Positions 1 to 14,830 of a stretch of 64,000 nt of DNA are shown here, piece by piece. The notes beneath the pieces were generated by a model, which was given only the letters and a program-made list of their open reading frames with translations, did not search any database and was not told the DNA's origin. Position numbers and translations under genes: made by a program. Positions within the stretch are counted from its first letter, which is position 1, and each line of letters opens with the position of its first letter. The stretch lies in NCBI GenBank assembly GCA_050273025.1, contig CP158636.1, forward strand, positions 3,720,001 through 3,784,000. Direction: 5' to 3'. Source of the DNA: Cenococcum geophilum (lineage: Eukaryota).

Positions 1-9
1 TATTTTAGT

Positions 10-260
10 TAAAGGAGAAAACTACGTTACCCTCAAAGCTCGAGACCACGTATCAGCCTACTAATGCGTTAGATCGCCTAGAGAATCGTATCTTTACTTA
101 GAGAGAGCTACGTTATCCTTAAAGCTTGAAACTACGTATTAGCTTAACTGTTAACGCGTTAGATCGCCTAGAGGACCCTTAAAGCTTAAAACCACGTATT
201 AACTTAACTATTAATGCGTTAGATCGCCTAGAGGACCGTATCTTCGCTAAGAATCGTCTA
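10..260 (+). repeat. Imperfect tandem repeats in the 5' leader of Copia A
   Basis: Three recurrences of aaagct..a.ac.acgtat...gcgttagatcgcctagag; one related unit is seen inverted at ~57930-58010 in Copia E. Confidence 0.75.
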
Positions 261-3200
261 TAGTATCTAAGAACTATAGATTCGTCAATAGGATATATAC
301 ACACCTTTATACTCTTACTTTAACACTTAAACAACGACCTACCCTTATACCTACCTTTATACCTATAACTATGGCATAAACGGAGGAAGAATAGGCCGTA
401 ATAGCTAGTAAATACAGATACGGAATTAATATAGATAAGGCTACAAAGGACGAACTAATAAAGTTTATATAGACGACGATATACCTAATACAAGACCTTA
501 CGGACAATAACTTATAGACCATCTTTTAAGAGCAGTTTGAAGGGTTTATAGTAGAGAACTTTAAGAAGATACGTATAGATACTAGATCTAAGCTGTAAAA
601 ATATCTCCTTAAAGGAGGTGTATATATTTAGGCAAACCTAGCAATAGAGTTACTATATCCGAACTATTATTTAAAGTTATATAATAAGAAGAGCTGCACC
701 AATAGACAGATAAGGAGATTGTAGTAACTATTAAGGAGTTAGCAGAACTACTGGCTATAAGAGTACTACAAAATAGGTTAAACCACACTCGTAACGGTCT
801 ATCGGCTTAGCGTATAGCTATAATTATAATACCACCTAGGTCTAGTACGCAAACACCCGTATTTATACCTCTAGCCCTACTACTAACTGCTCCGCCAATT
901 CTACTAGCTACTCTAATTGCTGTACCACTAGCTACTCCAATTGCTGCACTACTAGCTACTCCGATTGCTACCCCTGCTACCCCTACTACCCCTCTCGGTC
1001 CTTAATCCCCTAATTATAAATAAATCTACGCTCTTATTAACTAACTACTATAGCCAAGAGAGCAGCAACTGCAGCAGCTATAGTAACTGTAGCAGCTATA
1101 TATATATATACTACCCGAACTAGCCGTACCTAGTATAGAGTAAGAACTTAGGCAAGGACCTAGATACAATAAGGAGGTAGCTATAATTATAAAGATCTAC
1201 ACAGACGACTAAAAGTATGATAGAGTTAGTAACAGCTTTAACTTTAAGTTGACTATTTTTTATAATATCTGCAAGAGATCTGGCTTACCACTAGAAGGCT
1301 ACGCAGTGGCATTCCCTAGTATGCTAAAGGGGCTTACTTAGGACTACTACTATAATAGTAACCTTGAGTTAAGACCTTTTACTAAAGCCTATAACTATAT
1401 ACAACAATTTTTTAAAGGGCTAGAATACTACCGCAAGAACCTTATAGAGTGGAATAGTATAACCCTCTAAGGAGTTATAGACAAGAACCCTAATAAGTTA
1501 ATCTATTAGAACTTCTAACTACTTATAGATAAGCTGCTAAAGCAACGTTATAGACTATATCTAGACTTTTATACGAACCGTATTCTTATAAATAAGTTGG
1601 TTACTGCTTACTAGGGAGTACTAGTATACCGTATTACTGTCTCTAACTCTTTAGAAGACCTCTCTTAGTTAATTAGTAAGCTATAATCCTCTATTATTAC
1701 GTGGGAAAAAGAATACCCCTATAGGCCTTAATAAGATCGTCTTACTAAGCTTTTTTTATAGATTAATGCTATTACCGAAATGACCAGAATCAAGACCAAA
1801 ACACTAATCGCTACAGTAGTAATCGCCCCTATAGAACTAACGGCAGACTAAAGGCTAAGTGCTACATCTATAAGAAGGAGGACTGCCGTTTGTGGAAATA
1901 TATAAATAAGGAGCGTAATCGATCTAGAGACGACTATAAGAGACGCTTTATTAATATTAAAGGCCGCAATAAGGGCAACTTTAACAACTACTTTAAATAA
2001 TATGTCGCCGTCTGCGAAAGAGATAAAGAGGATAACTTAGACTTTAAAGCCTATACACACAACGCTGACGACTCTGGGAGCGATGCTGGAGAACCTAATA
2101 ATAGTTCTACCTATATTACTACCCTTAGAACACTTACTATAGAGGAAGCAACCTTTATAAGCGTAGAGCTAGCTAATAAGGCTTATACACACCTGCTTAC
2201 GGCTTTAAAACTCACTATGGAGTTTACTACGGAACCTCGCATGGAGACCGACCTATTTGCCTATAGTACGGCTATAGCTACAGCATTACGATACACCTCG
2301 ACGGTCTTTATGGGAATTATGATTAATATGGGTACTTTGCGTAAGTCTACGGCTGGCTACGGCCAATTCTAAGCTCTATAGGCCGTAGATAAGTCCATAA
2401 GTCTTAATACGTTAACTAAGGGCTAAGTAACTGTCTAATTCGGGATCAGAGCCTCTACGTCTATTAGAACTATAGACGTTAACAGCCCTATAGGCAAGGT
2501 ATAATTCCATATTGTTAAAGTAGATATGGATAGACTCTATATTAAATACGATAACCTAAAGGACGTTATTATTACTCGCACTAAAAAGGTGCTAGTAGTT
2601 AGACGATTTGGCTACCTATTTCTCTTATAGAGCTTCTCCTTATAGTCTTATTTAGTTAAGTCTTTTAATACGAACCCTTGCTACTTAACTAATATAGAAC
2701 TACGACGTTTATACCGTCAATTTGGTTACCTGTTAGTTAATAGACTATAAAAGCTTCTTAATAAGGCCGGCTATGGCTATAACACTAATAGATTTGCTAT
2801 TAAAGAACTAACTAGACTCTGCTACTACTGCTAAAAGTTTAGCAGATCTCTAGGTAGATTCCGCTTTACTCTATAAGATAATATTAATTTCAATTATAAT
2901 ATTATTGTCGACATTATGTATATTAGCGGCTCCCCCCTACTATACGTAGTCGACAAAGTAACTTAATTTTAAGCCGGCAGATAGCTATAAGATATTAGCG
3001 CTAAGCACACTTAGGACGTTTTATAAATATGCTAGATTAATAGCTATTTAGGACTACTAGACTTAATCACTATAGACGCTAAAAAGAACTTTATTAGTAA
3101 GGAGTTTAAGCACTATGCTACTACTATGGGAGTAACTATAAAGTTAGTCCTAGTCGAATCACACAATTCCATTAGAATGGTAGAACGCTACTATAGTCCG

Positions 3201-3538
3201 CTATAACAAGCCTACTAAATTATTACGACTAAAATCCCTAAAATTAGCAAGGAGATGGCCCTATAAATAGCCTTTAAAGCTATTAATAACACGGCTAGCC
3301 TAGAAGGCCTAGTCCCTATACTCCTAGTCTTTAAAGCCTACCCCCAAATAGTTGAATCGGACGCGCTATCGCCTTTAGTCATATAGCGAGCTGCGGCTAT
3401 TAAGAAAGCAATAGTGGAAATCTAGAAGCTATAAGCTAAACGACAGATTGCTAATGCTCTTAATATGCGAAATAGACTACGAACTAATGCTATTTATGGC
3501 CTTCCACCTAGTTCGCCTGTTTTAGTCTAGAGAGAAGG

Positions 3539-3760
3539 TGTTACCGACTACCAGTACTACGTCAAAACACTGCTGTATCACCTACTGTGGACCGTAATGG
3601 TTACAGCCGCCTTAATTAGCCTAAAATGTCAATTACGGCTATATTGAGGATAAGATTAAGGGGTACTTGTGACCTACCTTTGTTCGTGTATATATAGATA
3701 CTTTAGAGCTACATTTACAATCAAGTCGCTTATTCAATTCTCCCACACTGCACTGTTACA
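3539..3760. mobile_element. Solo LTR (222 bp) inserted in Copia A
   Basis: TGT...ACA ends; 5-bp TSD GAAGG at 3534-3538 and 3761-3765; the host pol frame resumes after it and the homologous copy (~54370-54395) is uninterrupted. Confidence 0.88.
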
Positions 3761-5776
3761 GAAGGCAATACTAGCCAGAGTAGTTATTAGGACGGACCAT
3801 ATATGCTACTTACTGTTAATGGTAAGACCTATACCGTAAAGCTATTAAATGGGCCTACGACCTTCCGCTCTATAGTTGTAAAACCTTACCTACTAGACCT
3901 ATAAGACCTAGTTGAACTATAAGAGTCTGTTAAATTAGATAAACTAGTACCTTTACTAGCTAAACCTTAATTATTACCTAAAGCTAAACTATAGCTACCA
4001 CTAAAGCGAGGTAGAGGTCGCCCCTGTAAATACCTATTACTTTCTTCCGTTGTAGATACGGCTGTTATAGACACTATAATAGATATAGGCGCTCTTACGG
4101 GTGATATTGCGGATATTACTAATATCGCTATCTACTTATAGGACGATGATACTGTAGATACGGCTAATACTACTATTTACTTATAGAACGATAGTAATAC
4201 CTAATTTAGCGCTTTACGACAAAAGGAGGTTATAGGCCTACTTAAGAAAGGCGTTTTTAAGATCATTAAGCTATATAATATACTAAAGGGGGTTAGACTC
4301 TTTAATTTACGGTTTATTAATAAGATTAAGAATAAGGGAACCGATAAAGCCTTTAAGAAATCGCGACTCGTTATATAGGCCTATAATGATTTAGAGAAAG
4401 AGCTAGTCCTTACTTAGTTACCAATAATTTAACGAGTTAGCTAGCGGCTAATTCTCTATATCGCTCTTATGCTACTATAGATACAACTTTACCTCTAAGA
4501 TATCTTATAAGCTTATATCCAGTCTACTATAAACCTAAACCGCGAGTTCTACGTATAACCGCTACACGAGCTAAATAAACAATTGGGAATTAATATGGAC
4601 TCTATTCTGAAGGTTATAAAGCTACTTTATAGAGTACCTAAAGCTAGAAACTACTGGTTTAAAACATACTATTTATACTATATTAATTAGCTGCGAATGG
4701 ACCAGTCTATATACGACCCTTGCTTACTTTATAGTAATAAACCTTTCGGAATTATTGGCCTATAGATTAATAATACGCTATTCCTTATAGATGATACCTT
4801 TATAAAGGCTAAATAAAGCGAACTATATAAGGCTGAATTTATGGCTAAGGAGCGAGAGTAACTAACCGCTAATATACTAATTAAGTTTAATAGAGGACTT
4901 ATTTAATTAATATAAGATAGAAGTATTACGCTAACGCAAAGGCGCCAGTATAAGAACCTTAGTATAGTTAATATTATGCCGGTAGATAGTACTAGCTCTA
5001 GAGGAGTTACGCGTGGCCTACTTACGCTAAAGGACCAGTATATCGCTTAACATGCTAGAGGAGCCTATATCGCCTTAGTCTATTAGCTAGAGGCTTTATT
5101 TAACTTATCCTCTACTACCTAGGTAACTAATCCTAAGAAGGTAGACGCGAAGGAGTTAAATAAGCGCCTAAGTTAGTAGATTTAGAACTTATATAGAGGT
5201 CTTAAGTTTGTTAAATTGGAGGCTAAAACCCTATAGCTCTTAGTCTTTACGGACGCTTTATTTGCTAATAATAAGGACCTCTCTTTGCAAATTGGCTACG
5301 TTATTATACTAACTAACGCAACTAAGAAGGCCAATATTATCTATTGGAGCTTAATTAAGTATAAAAGAGTTACTAGAAGCGTTCTGGCTTCTAAACTCTA
5401 TGGAATAGCTTATGGCTTTAATATCGCCGTCGCTATTAAGTCTATAATAGATAAGGTCCTATAGATTAACCTCCCGCTTATACTTTATACTAATTCTAAG
5501 TCGCTATATAACTGTCTTGTATAACTTAGAACCACACAAGAGAAGCGATTAATAATTAATGTAATGTGCCTATAATAAGCCTACGAACGTTAGCAGATTA
5601 TAGAGGTTAAATGGATTGATGGTGAAGCTAACCCTGCGGACGCAATAACTAAGGGGAAGCCTTATATTGCTTTATAGCGACTTATTAACACGAACTAAGT
5701 CGATATATAGGCTGTAGGTTAGGTAGAACATAAGGAGTGATAGAAGGTGGTTTGCGGGTTATGTGATTGGCAAAAG

Positions 5777-5870
5777 ATAGCAGAATTCGGTAATATAGCA
5801 GAATTTAGCAGAATTTAGCAACTTAGCAGAATTTGGCAGAATTTGGCAACTTGGTAGAATTTGGCAGAAA
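5777..5870 (+). repeat. Short tandem repeat (gcagaattt[g/a]) in the 3' UTR of Copia A
   Basis: Repeated 10-bp units visible directly. Confidence 0.75.
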
Positions 5871-5956
5871 ATTATTATTGCGTATACGCTACGTATAGTC
5901 TAGAAGTAAACTTAACTTTAGAGTATAGATTAGCCTCTTTTTTAGAGTTGCTCTAG

Positions 5957-6127
5957 TGTCGGAACGTTAATTATATAATGTGGTTACAAGACCATGGAGC
6001 GAGGTTAACTAATCTAACCTTAGAGCAACCCCTTACTTTAAAACAACAATTAACTACCAACTTTAATACCGCATACGTACCACTACGAGTGATATTCGTG
6101 TACGTTGATAAAGCGAGTATACCGATA
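5957..6127 (+). repeat. 3' LTR of Copia A
   Basis: TGTCGG...CCGATA (RIPed CA end); reverse-complement similarity to the LTRs at 52023-52192 and 58116-58285. Confidence 0.9.
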
Positions 6128-8162
6128 CCTACTTATTAAAGACGGAGGCGTGTGGTAGAACTCTACTTAATTTATACTAATGTAAGCTATTAAACTTTAT
6201 AAAGGAATTAACAAATATATACGCGTATAGAGGTAGTTATATAGAGATATAATATATCTATTAAAAGATACCCTTATTAATATAGATTGGGTTAATATTA
6301 AACGCTTAATTAAGATCCCAAGGCCCTTTATATAAGCTATTAAGCATATAAAAGGCAATGTTAATACGCTTAGCGTTAAGGGCTCTTATAATACTTTATA
6401 GGAGTTAATTACTACTATATAACTCCTTTACTAGGGTCTCTAGTAAATAAAGTAAGAGCTTAGTAATAAAGCTAACTTATTTTTAAAGTTAGGCATTAAT
6501 ATAGTAATTTAAAAAAAATTAATTAATACTTTAATAAGATAAAGGAAGAGAGTCCTTTCTATTTTGCCGCGGTAATACTTTATCCTTTACTTAAGTATTA
6601 TAACGAAGCCTTGTAGCAGGAACTACGGTAAGCTTATTAATAGGCTAGGTATATAGGTAAATAAGAAGTTAATAACGTAATATCCTTTTATGGAGTGGTC
6701 GCCTAATAGATTAACTCTAATTATATTCTAAGATTTACTATAAAGGAGAGAACTATCTAGGTAGGGACTGTAGTCCTTTAAATACACAACCGTACTCCTA
6801 AGAAATCCCCTTTATACGTAAGGTACGCGTTATATATATTATACGTACGTTCCCTTTATATACTATATATACTATATATAACGTTATATAACCTTAGCTA
6901 CTATTTCTTATTATATAGTTCTATTAACTCTATTTTAGACCGTACTTAAATTAACTAACTAGCTTCTTCTAACTCCTCTCTAAGTAGTTATAATATTATA
7001 CTTAAAGCGTCCATAATACTATCTCCCTCTTCTTTATCTTTATCCTTAAAGATTCTAAATATCTCTAAGTTATTTACTAGAGGTATAATATCTATTTAAT
7101 TAATTTAGTTAATATTATTACTTATTATACCTAAGGATCCTTCCTCTTTATAGGCGCAACGTCGTGCTTACACTATTGCTGCGATATTATTTCTTAGTGA
7201 GATTATACTATCTCTATATTCTTACTATTTAAAAGAGAGGTTAATTTATATTACGTTAATAAATCCATTTTTGTAATAACCGTTCTCTTACTTAGAGTGC
7301 ACTAAAGCGAATATTTATTTATCTTATAACGTTCGCTTTATTTTTAATACTAAATATACACAACCTATTACTTTTAATAGTCGTCTAGTTCCCTAGCTAA
7401 TTTATCTTAGGGTTTTATATTTAATCTACTACTACACAGCTAAATAGTAAACTATTTTAAGCCTTTATTAAGTTAGAATGTTCTTATAATATAGAGTAGA
7501 AGGCTTTTAAAGCCCGTATCACGGCATCCACTTAGTTACTTTGTCTTAAGAAGGTTTATAAGAAGGTCTGTTTTAAGGAGTAAAAGCTTATAGAATAAGG
7601 TTTATAGAAACTTAGTAATAAAAGAATAGATTCTTTCCTTACTAAAAAGGAAATAGATCTAAGTAGTTCGGCAACTACTCTTCTTAGGTCCCCCTTAGGT
7701 GACTTATTCTTTAGTAATCCTTCTTTATTAATACTACCTAACCTAATCTCTTCTAATACTCCTATACCTTTTTTATAGCGTTTTTTAGATTCTCTAGTAG
7801 TTTTTAGGTAGTCTTATTATAGCCTATCTACTTAACCTTATACTATATTTTATTATTAATATCCTTATAATTAATAATCTTTAAAACTTACTATTTATCT
7901 TCCTCTTATTCTCTATACATGTTTACTTTATAAATTAGTGGCTTAATATTCCCGTATACTGGTTTTAGTATTATAATATATTATATAGGGTAGATCTTTA
8001 TCTTAGCTAGTAGGTTTAACTTAAACGTAACCGGTAAAATCTTTTATATAATTTTAAAAGGTCCCAGTCTAACATAGTCCAATTTCTTATTTAGTTGTTA
8101 ACTCTTAAAAATTTTATATAGTAGCTATACTTTATCTCCCTCCTTAAGATCTGGTCCCTTAG

Positions 8163-8336
8163 TATCGGTATTACTTCCGGTAATACGTATTGCTATTGCA
8201 ATAGTGTAGGGGTGGTAACTGATTTTGATTAATGCTTCTTGATTCTCTTATTCTACAGGTGGAATTTAGTGGATTTCCTGAGCTCGCTTAGCTCACGTGA
8301 TCGCGTGCGACCGCATTGCGAAACCTTGTTTAGACA
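8163..8336. mobile_element. Solo LTR (174 bp) inserted in Gypsy copy 1
   Basis: TA(TG)TCGG...AGACA ends; TSD CTTAG at 8158-8162 and 8337-8341; empty site ggtccctcagatctc at ~26651-26665 in Gypsy copy 2. Confidence 0.87.
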
Positions 8337-8825
8337 CTTAGATCTCTTAGTATTATAGTACCTTTTTATTCTTTTTTATACCTTTTTTACTAATTCTATA
8401 AGGTCTATATAAAGGTTTATTAATATCTTTATTCTTTCTTTAGCTATACTACTTATCTTCTTTACTTATTATAGTAATAATAATATTCTTAGCTCGTATC
8501 CGTAATTTGCCTTAAATAGTAATATACTTATTCCTTTCTATAGTGTTATATTATATATAAACTATATAACTAGTAATAGCGATACCTAATTATTCTATAC
8601 ATAATTAATATAATATCTTAGATACTATTCTAGCGTCTAATTTAGTCTTTTTATTTAACCGTCTATCTGCGGATAATATACGGTAAAAGTTACTACTTAA
8701 ACTCCTTGCTTCGCTAAGAATACCTCCTAAAATACTGCTATAAATTTTAGATCTCTATTTAATATAATCTTACTTAGTGCTCTATACCTTATAAACACTT
8801 CTTTAATATAAATTTTAGTAATATC

Positions 8826-11800
8826 TATTGGAAACACAGGGCAAATCACCAATACTACTTAAGTAGATACAGTAATGGAATAGGTTGATAAAGCTTGTTG
8901 TTCTAGATAGGGGAGGGTAAGGAATTTAAGGTTCCTCACCACGCTAGTGCCGCGACGGCACGTGACGGTAAGTTGCCTTACGTGACGGCAATATGCCGCA
9001 TGTAAGGGTAAATTGCCTTATTCCCAACACTGGCAACTCTTCTTTTATAGTTGCTATCTATATGTAAATAGATAGTATATAATAATACAACTGTGGGCAG
9101 ACTATAGTAGAATTTAGTAGGTAATACGCCTTATTCTGCCAACCCGGACTTTTACCAACTAATTACGATTTTCTATCCCCGGGATGGAAAATCGCTATTA
9201 GCTTACTTACTACTAGCGCCTTAGCGGCCCTTGCCGCATTTTCTACTCCCTTTTAACCTAACCTTTAACTTATACACGTAGAGTATTTATATTAATAAAC
9301 GTCTCTAGTGCCTTATTTAGGTTTGCCTTCGTTATTGCATCTACTAGGTTATCTTAGCTATTAATCTATTAAATCTTAAAGAGTTCTTAACGCTTATAAA
9401 ATTGCTATAGTGCTATAATATTAATTATAAGGCGCTTCTCCTTTATAGTACCAAGCTTAACTAAATACTTATAGAGGGAATATAAGTCAATGTATATAAT
9501 CGTAGGGATAATAGGGAGTTTAAGTTAATCTGTAATTATCTTTAAGGTAGTTCCAATTATAATTACTATATTAACACCGCCAACTATTCTATATATCTCT
9601 AACGCTAGAACGCTTTGAATAACGCGCTTACTTTTAGTTAAGCTTTAATAGATAAGATTGCCGTAGATTATAAAGTTATTCTCTTTGGTAGATTCGTTTA
9701 CAATAATAATCTTATATCCTAGCTAGAAGCTAAAATCTTTATTATTTATAAATAATCTATTAATAAATATAAAGAGCTTAGCGGTGGGAAGATTAATAGG
9801 CATATAGAGTAGTCCTTAATTAAGATGGTTTATTTGCTAGGAAAGACGCTTATTTAGGTTAAGAATATTATCCTTAGTTAGTTCCTGGTATTAGGCGGCA
9901 ATAAAGAAATTAAAGGAAGCTTTAAGTTAATAGATAGAAGTAATATAAGCTCCGCGAGCGCGTTGCTCTATATATCCTTACTTTAGAGAATTAACATTAA
10001 CAACGTTAATCTTCTTACCTTAACCCTTCTAGCGTAAAGCAATGGAATCCTTATTTAAGGAGAGGATGCATCTATTAAAAAGTAATAGTGTTATTAAATT
10101 AAGTCTTTCCTTTAGCTTTACTATAAGGTTTGCCTTTACTAGCTTATCTTCTTTAAGAGCTAAGAATTGGTCGTCTCCTAAGATAATTATATCATCTATT
10201 TATATGCCGACGATTCTGAATAGAGTTCCTATAGTTATAATAAAGAAGTAGGGATTAAATATAGAAGTAGTTATTAAAAGCTTCTCCTTATGGTGCTTGC
10301 TGTAGGTAGCCTACTAATAAGTTCCTACCTCTATAATTCCATATAATAGCTTAAGTACAACTATAATCATATCCTTAGGATATTAGTGGCGAATTTGCTC
10401 TAGAAGGTATACTAGTATTAAGCGCTAAAGGCGCGTCTCTAATTAGGTATAGGCCTAAGTGATATCTTATAAATAAACCGCCATCCTATTCTTTATTAAG
10501 AAGGGAGCTAGCGTAATAATAACTCATTAATTAGCTTATTAAATTATAGGGGATTATATAAGGATTACTTCCTTACCGTTATTATTATAACCTTAAATAA
10601 CTAGCCTTAACTTCTTAAATAGGGTATTAGTAGCTTTGCCTTTAATCTTATTAACCATTCTTAACTTAAATATACGAACTCCATCGAACTTAGTAGGGTT
10701 GTATTTCTTAAATTTAAAGACTCCTCTTATAATAAGACTGTTAATCTCCTACTTATCAAATACTTAGAAAGGAGCTCCTAGAGTTATAATACGGCCTTTC
10801 TTTTAAAGCTATTTTGCGAGTTTAAAGTTAGCCTTCTCTTTAGCTATTATAAAGGCCATTAATAGTTTATCTCTATTCTTAATAGCGGTAACAAATTACT
10901 CTTCGAAATTAATAAGATGTTAGCAATTTCGTAATCCCTTTAGGCAACCTCTACCACGTCGTAGTTATAGTACGTCTACTATAATTATATTAGAATCGCC
11001 TTCGCCTTCTAGAGTACATTAATTATAGTTCTCCTCTAGGGTATTCTCTAGGGCATCCTATAAAGGCTTAGAGCTATTATCCCTATAGTAGGGCTTAATA
11101 ACAGTTAAGCGGAATTAAGTAGGTCTATAGGGCATCTAAAGAGTATAAGTTTAACTATTAATTATAATAAATTTATATAGGCCTAACTATCCTTCCTTTT
11201 TACGCTATACGCGTACCTCTAATTAGAGTGGTAGATTAAGCGTAGTTAAGGTATTTAGGCCATTTCTTATTCCTAGTACGTTGTTAATCTAGCGCATAGC
11301 GTAGAGACGTCGCACCTCCTTTATTGCCTTATAAATAGCCTTAGCTTATTACGTAATAGAGGGAAATAGTAAAGAATTATTAGTTATTTAAGGGTAGGCG
11401 CTAAAGACTAGTAATATAGGTATAAGCCTATCTGGGCTAGCGGTATCGTTAATAGCCTTAACAGCTATTTATAGGATAAGCTCTTTACTAGCACCCTTTA
11501 GTTTTAAAGAAATAATCTTATATACGCGGCGTAATGGCGTATAATATTATTCTACTTTTTTAATACTATTATATGCCTTAACGGGGACTTCCTTAACCTT
11601 AATTGTTATTGCCTTTACCTATTATTAAAACTCTATAGATAAGAAGTTCTTTCCTATATTATAAACGATTTAATTAGGGGGTTCTAAGTAGATATTAATC
11701 TAGCATAATTAAAGAGTATCCTATACATTCCTAGCTAATATATCTTTTAAAAAGCGTGCGGCTTAGAAGGAGGTTAAGAAGTTAATAACTTAGAGTACTA

Positions 11801-14800
11801 GCTTACCGCTAAGATATATAACATCTATGATAATATAAAAGTTAAAGTCGTAGTTATCTTTAAGGGTAAACTTAAATCGGCTAGGGGACTTTTAGTTTAT
11901 TTAGTAGTAATAGTAGTACTTTATAAGATACTTAATTGCCTTAACCTTAACTTTATAGCCTACTTGCTAAAGGACTCTAAGTAGTTAGTAAATAAATAGG
12001 TGGCTAAAACGATGGTGTAGTTAACGTAGCTCTAACTCGGTTAGGTAGCTCTAAGTAACGCTCCTTTTTAGCTATTAAAGGAGTAACTAAGGGTAACCCT
12101 ACTTGCGTATAACGGGTATCTAGTTATCTCCCTAAATAAGTATATTCTTAAGGTTGTTAAGCTTAATACCTAATTTGTTTATATTTTGGATGCAGAATAG
12201 GAATAGGGTGTTTATGGAAATAATATAGAAAGTGATATATCCTAATGGGGTTTGGACCTTAATTGTGCTAAGAGAGGTTGTAGTACCCTTACCAAAGCAA
12301 ATTATATATTAGCCTGCCGTTAATTAGTTAATCTAAATAGAGCTATTAAGCTACTAAAGAGCTCGAACTTAAGGCTCTCCTACTATAGATACTCCTGCGG
12401 CTCTAATATCTAGTATAATGCTATAGAAGACGTTCGCTAAGTATCTATTATTAAAGGAGAACGCGGAATTTTCCTTTGGCTCGTTAAAGATATCTAACTT
12501 TATAATAGAATGGAACGTAGATTAGTTATTAAGGATAGCGACGGTCTATATGCTATTTACCTTATTATACTTAGTAAAGTATTAGTTAGGAGAGTAGTCT
12601 TTAATTTCCATATTTATAAGGAGCTATTTGGCCTCATTAACCTCACCCTTAAGATCTTCTTCGCCTTTATATTAAACCAGGAAGCTTTAGAAGTAGGCTA
12701 TAGTAACCTTATAATTTCTAACGTTTTGTACGCTCTAGCGAAACTTATTATATACCTCTTTTCGTCTGTTAAGGGGGTATCTAGTTAACTAGCAATTTGG
12801 CTTCTTATAAATATAGTATTTCTTTTACTAATTATTGCGAAATAAACCTCCACGAGGACCTCTATAATTGCTTTATAGTTAACGTTAATTATACCCTCTA
12901 CTATATCCCCTACTACGACTACTATATATTTAATTAGTCCAGTTATAATTATATTGGTTAGCTAGGTTAATTAAAGTAGGTTAGAGTTAGGCGTTAAATT
13001 GCTATACTTCTTAAGAGCGTAGGGCGGTACTAATAAAGGATCTTAATTAAGTATATACTCCTTTATAAGTACTTATAGGGTTAAAGAGAGTAAAGTTATA
13101 TTCTTTAATACCTTAGTATACGCTAATAACTTAATTACGTAGGCTAAAGTCCTCTTAATATAATTTAGATAAACCACACTAAATTATCTAGAGTTAATTA
13201 AAGAGCTTTTAAAGATAATTAAGTTAAGAGGTACCTGGGTTTATAGTAATAATTCTTAAGAAGGTAGTCTCTCTCCACTCTAATATATACTACTGCTTAT
13301 TCTCCTCTATTTTAAAGTGGCATCTTATTTTATATATTATTTGGTTAAAATTGTATCCTTTTTTTACTAAACGATTATAATAGAAGGTACTAGCTTAGCC
13401 CTTAAGCATGACTAAATAAGTAATGTGGTATTAATTAGGTTCTAGTCTAACCTTCTAGTAACAGTTGTAGAAAATATATAACTTTAAATTGAGGATATTA
13501 TATAGTTCTCCGCTAAACTTCTTCTCCTATTCTAAATAGAGCTTTATAAGCTTTATAAGCATTTTTAAGGTGCTTCTAATTAGTATTTAGCTGCATTATA
13601 TTATAGGCTGTAATAGTAACGTAGATCTAGTTAACGGAGTTTAAAGGTTATTAAACCGCGAAGTAAAGGGATCTTACGCTTATTAGGGGTTGTTAATTAA
13701 GGCTATAGGTTAAGCTAGTTAATATAGGGGAGTTAAAGATAGAGGTGGAGGCAATGGATATAGAATGTTAGAACTCGTGCCTAGAGTAATAGAGTTAGAA
13801 CGCGTCTTTAGTAGTATATTACTTAGGTTTTATTATAATTTAAGCTTCTTTATAGTGCGTAGTTAGTGCTTAATCTCTTATAGAGTCTATTTATGCTCTT
13901 CCTTTACATTAATAACGTGTTCCTAAATATTGTCCCTAATACTACCCCTATTTATAGGGACAAATACTCTATACTCCTAAAGGAAGTTACGGAAGTCCTA
14001 TACGATATCTTTATTTATAGGAACCTATATTTCCTTTGTTTATCTAATAAAGTCCTCCTTTATATAATACTATAGCGCGGTATTATTATATTTACTATCT
14101 TTATAGTGTTCCATGCGGTATACTAAAAATCCATTTAGGTCCTATTACTTAGTGGTTATAAAGTTAGTTACGGCTCTGTCCTATATCTCTAGGTTAATGT
14201 CTTTTTTATACTTCTTTAGATAGGTTAACGCTATAGTAAGTAGAATCGACAAGGTATTATACGTTAAAGGTAGGCAGGATTTTCGGTTTTATAGTATCTC
14301 ATAGGTTTGCTGTCTAAAGGTAGGCAATTTAAGATATTATTTGACGCGTTTCGGACGTTAACTTAGGACCTTAGGTTTAGTAACACTTCTAACCTAAAGT
14401 ACTTGACTAAATCTTTATAAACGTAATTATTCTGCGTAATAGACGCAACTTAGTATCTCCTAGTACTTAGTAACACTTCTATTACTAGTTTTCCGCAAAT
14501 CTAAGGTAGCATAATATCGCCGGGATCCATTCTATATAAGCGTATATAGCACCCCTATATAAGACTGTCTCTTCTATTAATAACCTAGCTACTCTATAGT
14601 TAACTATATATTTAACCACTAATTAGTATTAGAAATACAGGGCAAATCACTAATATTACTTAAGTAGATATAGTAATGGAATAGGTTGATAAAGCTTGTT
14701 ATTCTAGATAGGGGAGGGTAAGGAATTTAAGGTTCCTCACTACACTAGTGCCGCGACGGCACATGACGGCAAGTTGCCTTACGTGACGGCAATATGCCGC

Positions 14801-14830
14801 ACGTAAGGGCAAATTGCCTTATTCCCGACA
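8826..14830 (-). mobile_element. Full-length RIP-degraded Copia B (GalEa-type) nested in the Gypsy integrase
   Basis: 204-bp LTRs at 8826-9029 and 14627-14830; TSD ATATC at 8821-8825 and 14831-14835; minus-strand RNase H (~9290-9780), RT, integrase and gag remnants. Confidence 0.93.

Larger units (their letters stand above)
1..6127 (+). mobile_element. RIP-degraded Ty1/Copia LTR retrotransposon A (GalEa-type); 5' LTR lies outside the window
   Basis: CX2CX4CX4H-like knuckle at ~1860-1900; integrase-like segment ~2700-3500; RT motifs (KSRLV..AYND, DI..AY.Q, K.LY.VP.A...WF) ~4350-4670; RNase H ending WIDGEANPADA.TK at ~5612-5655; 3' LTR at 5957-6127. Colinear with the minus-strand copy at 52023-58285. 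Confidence 0.92.
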
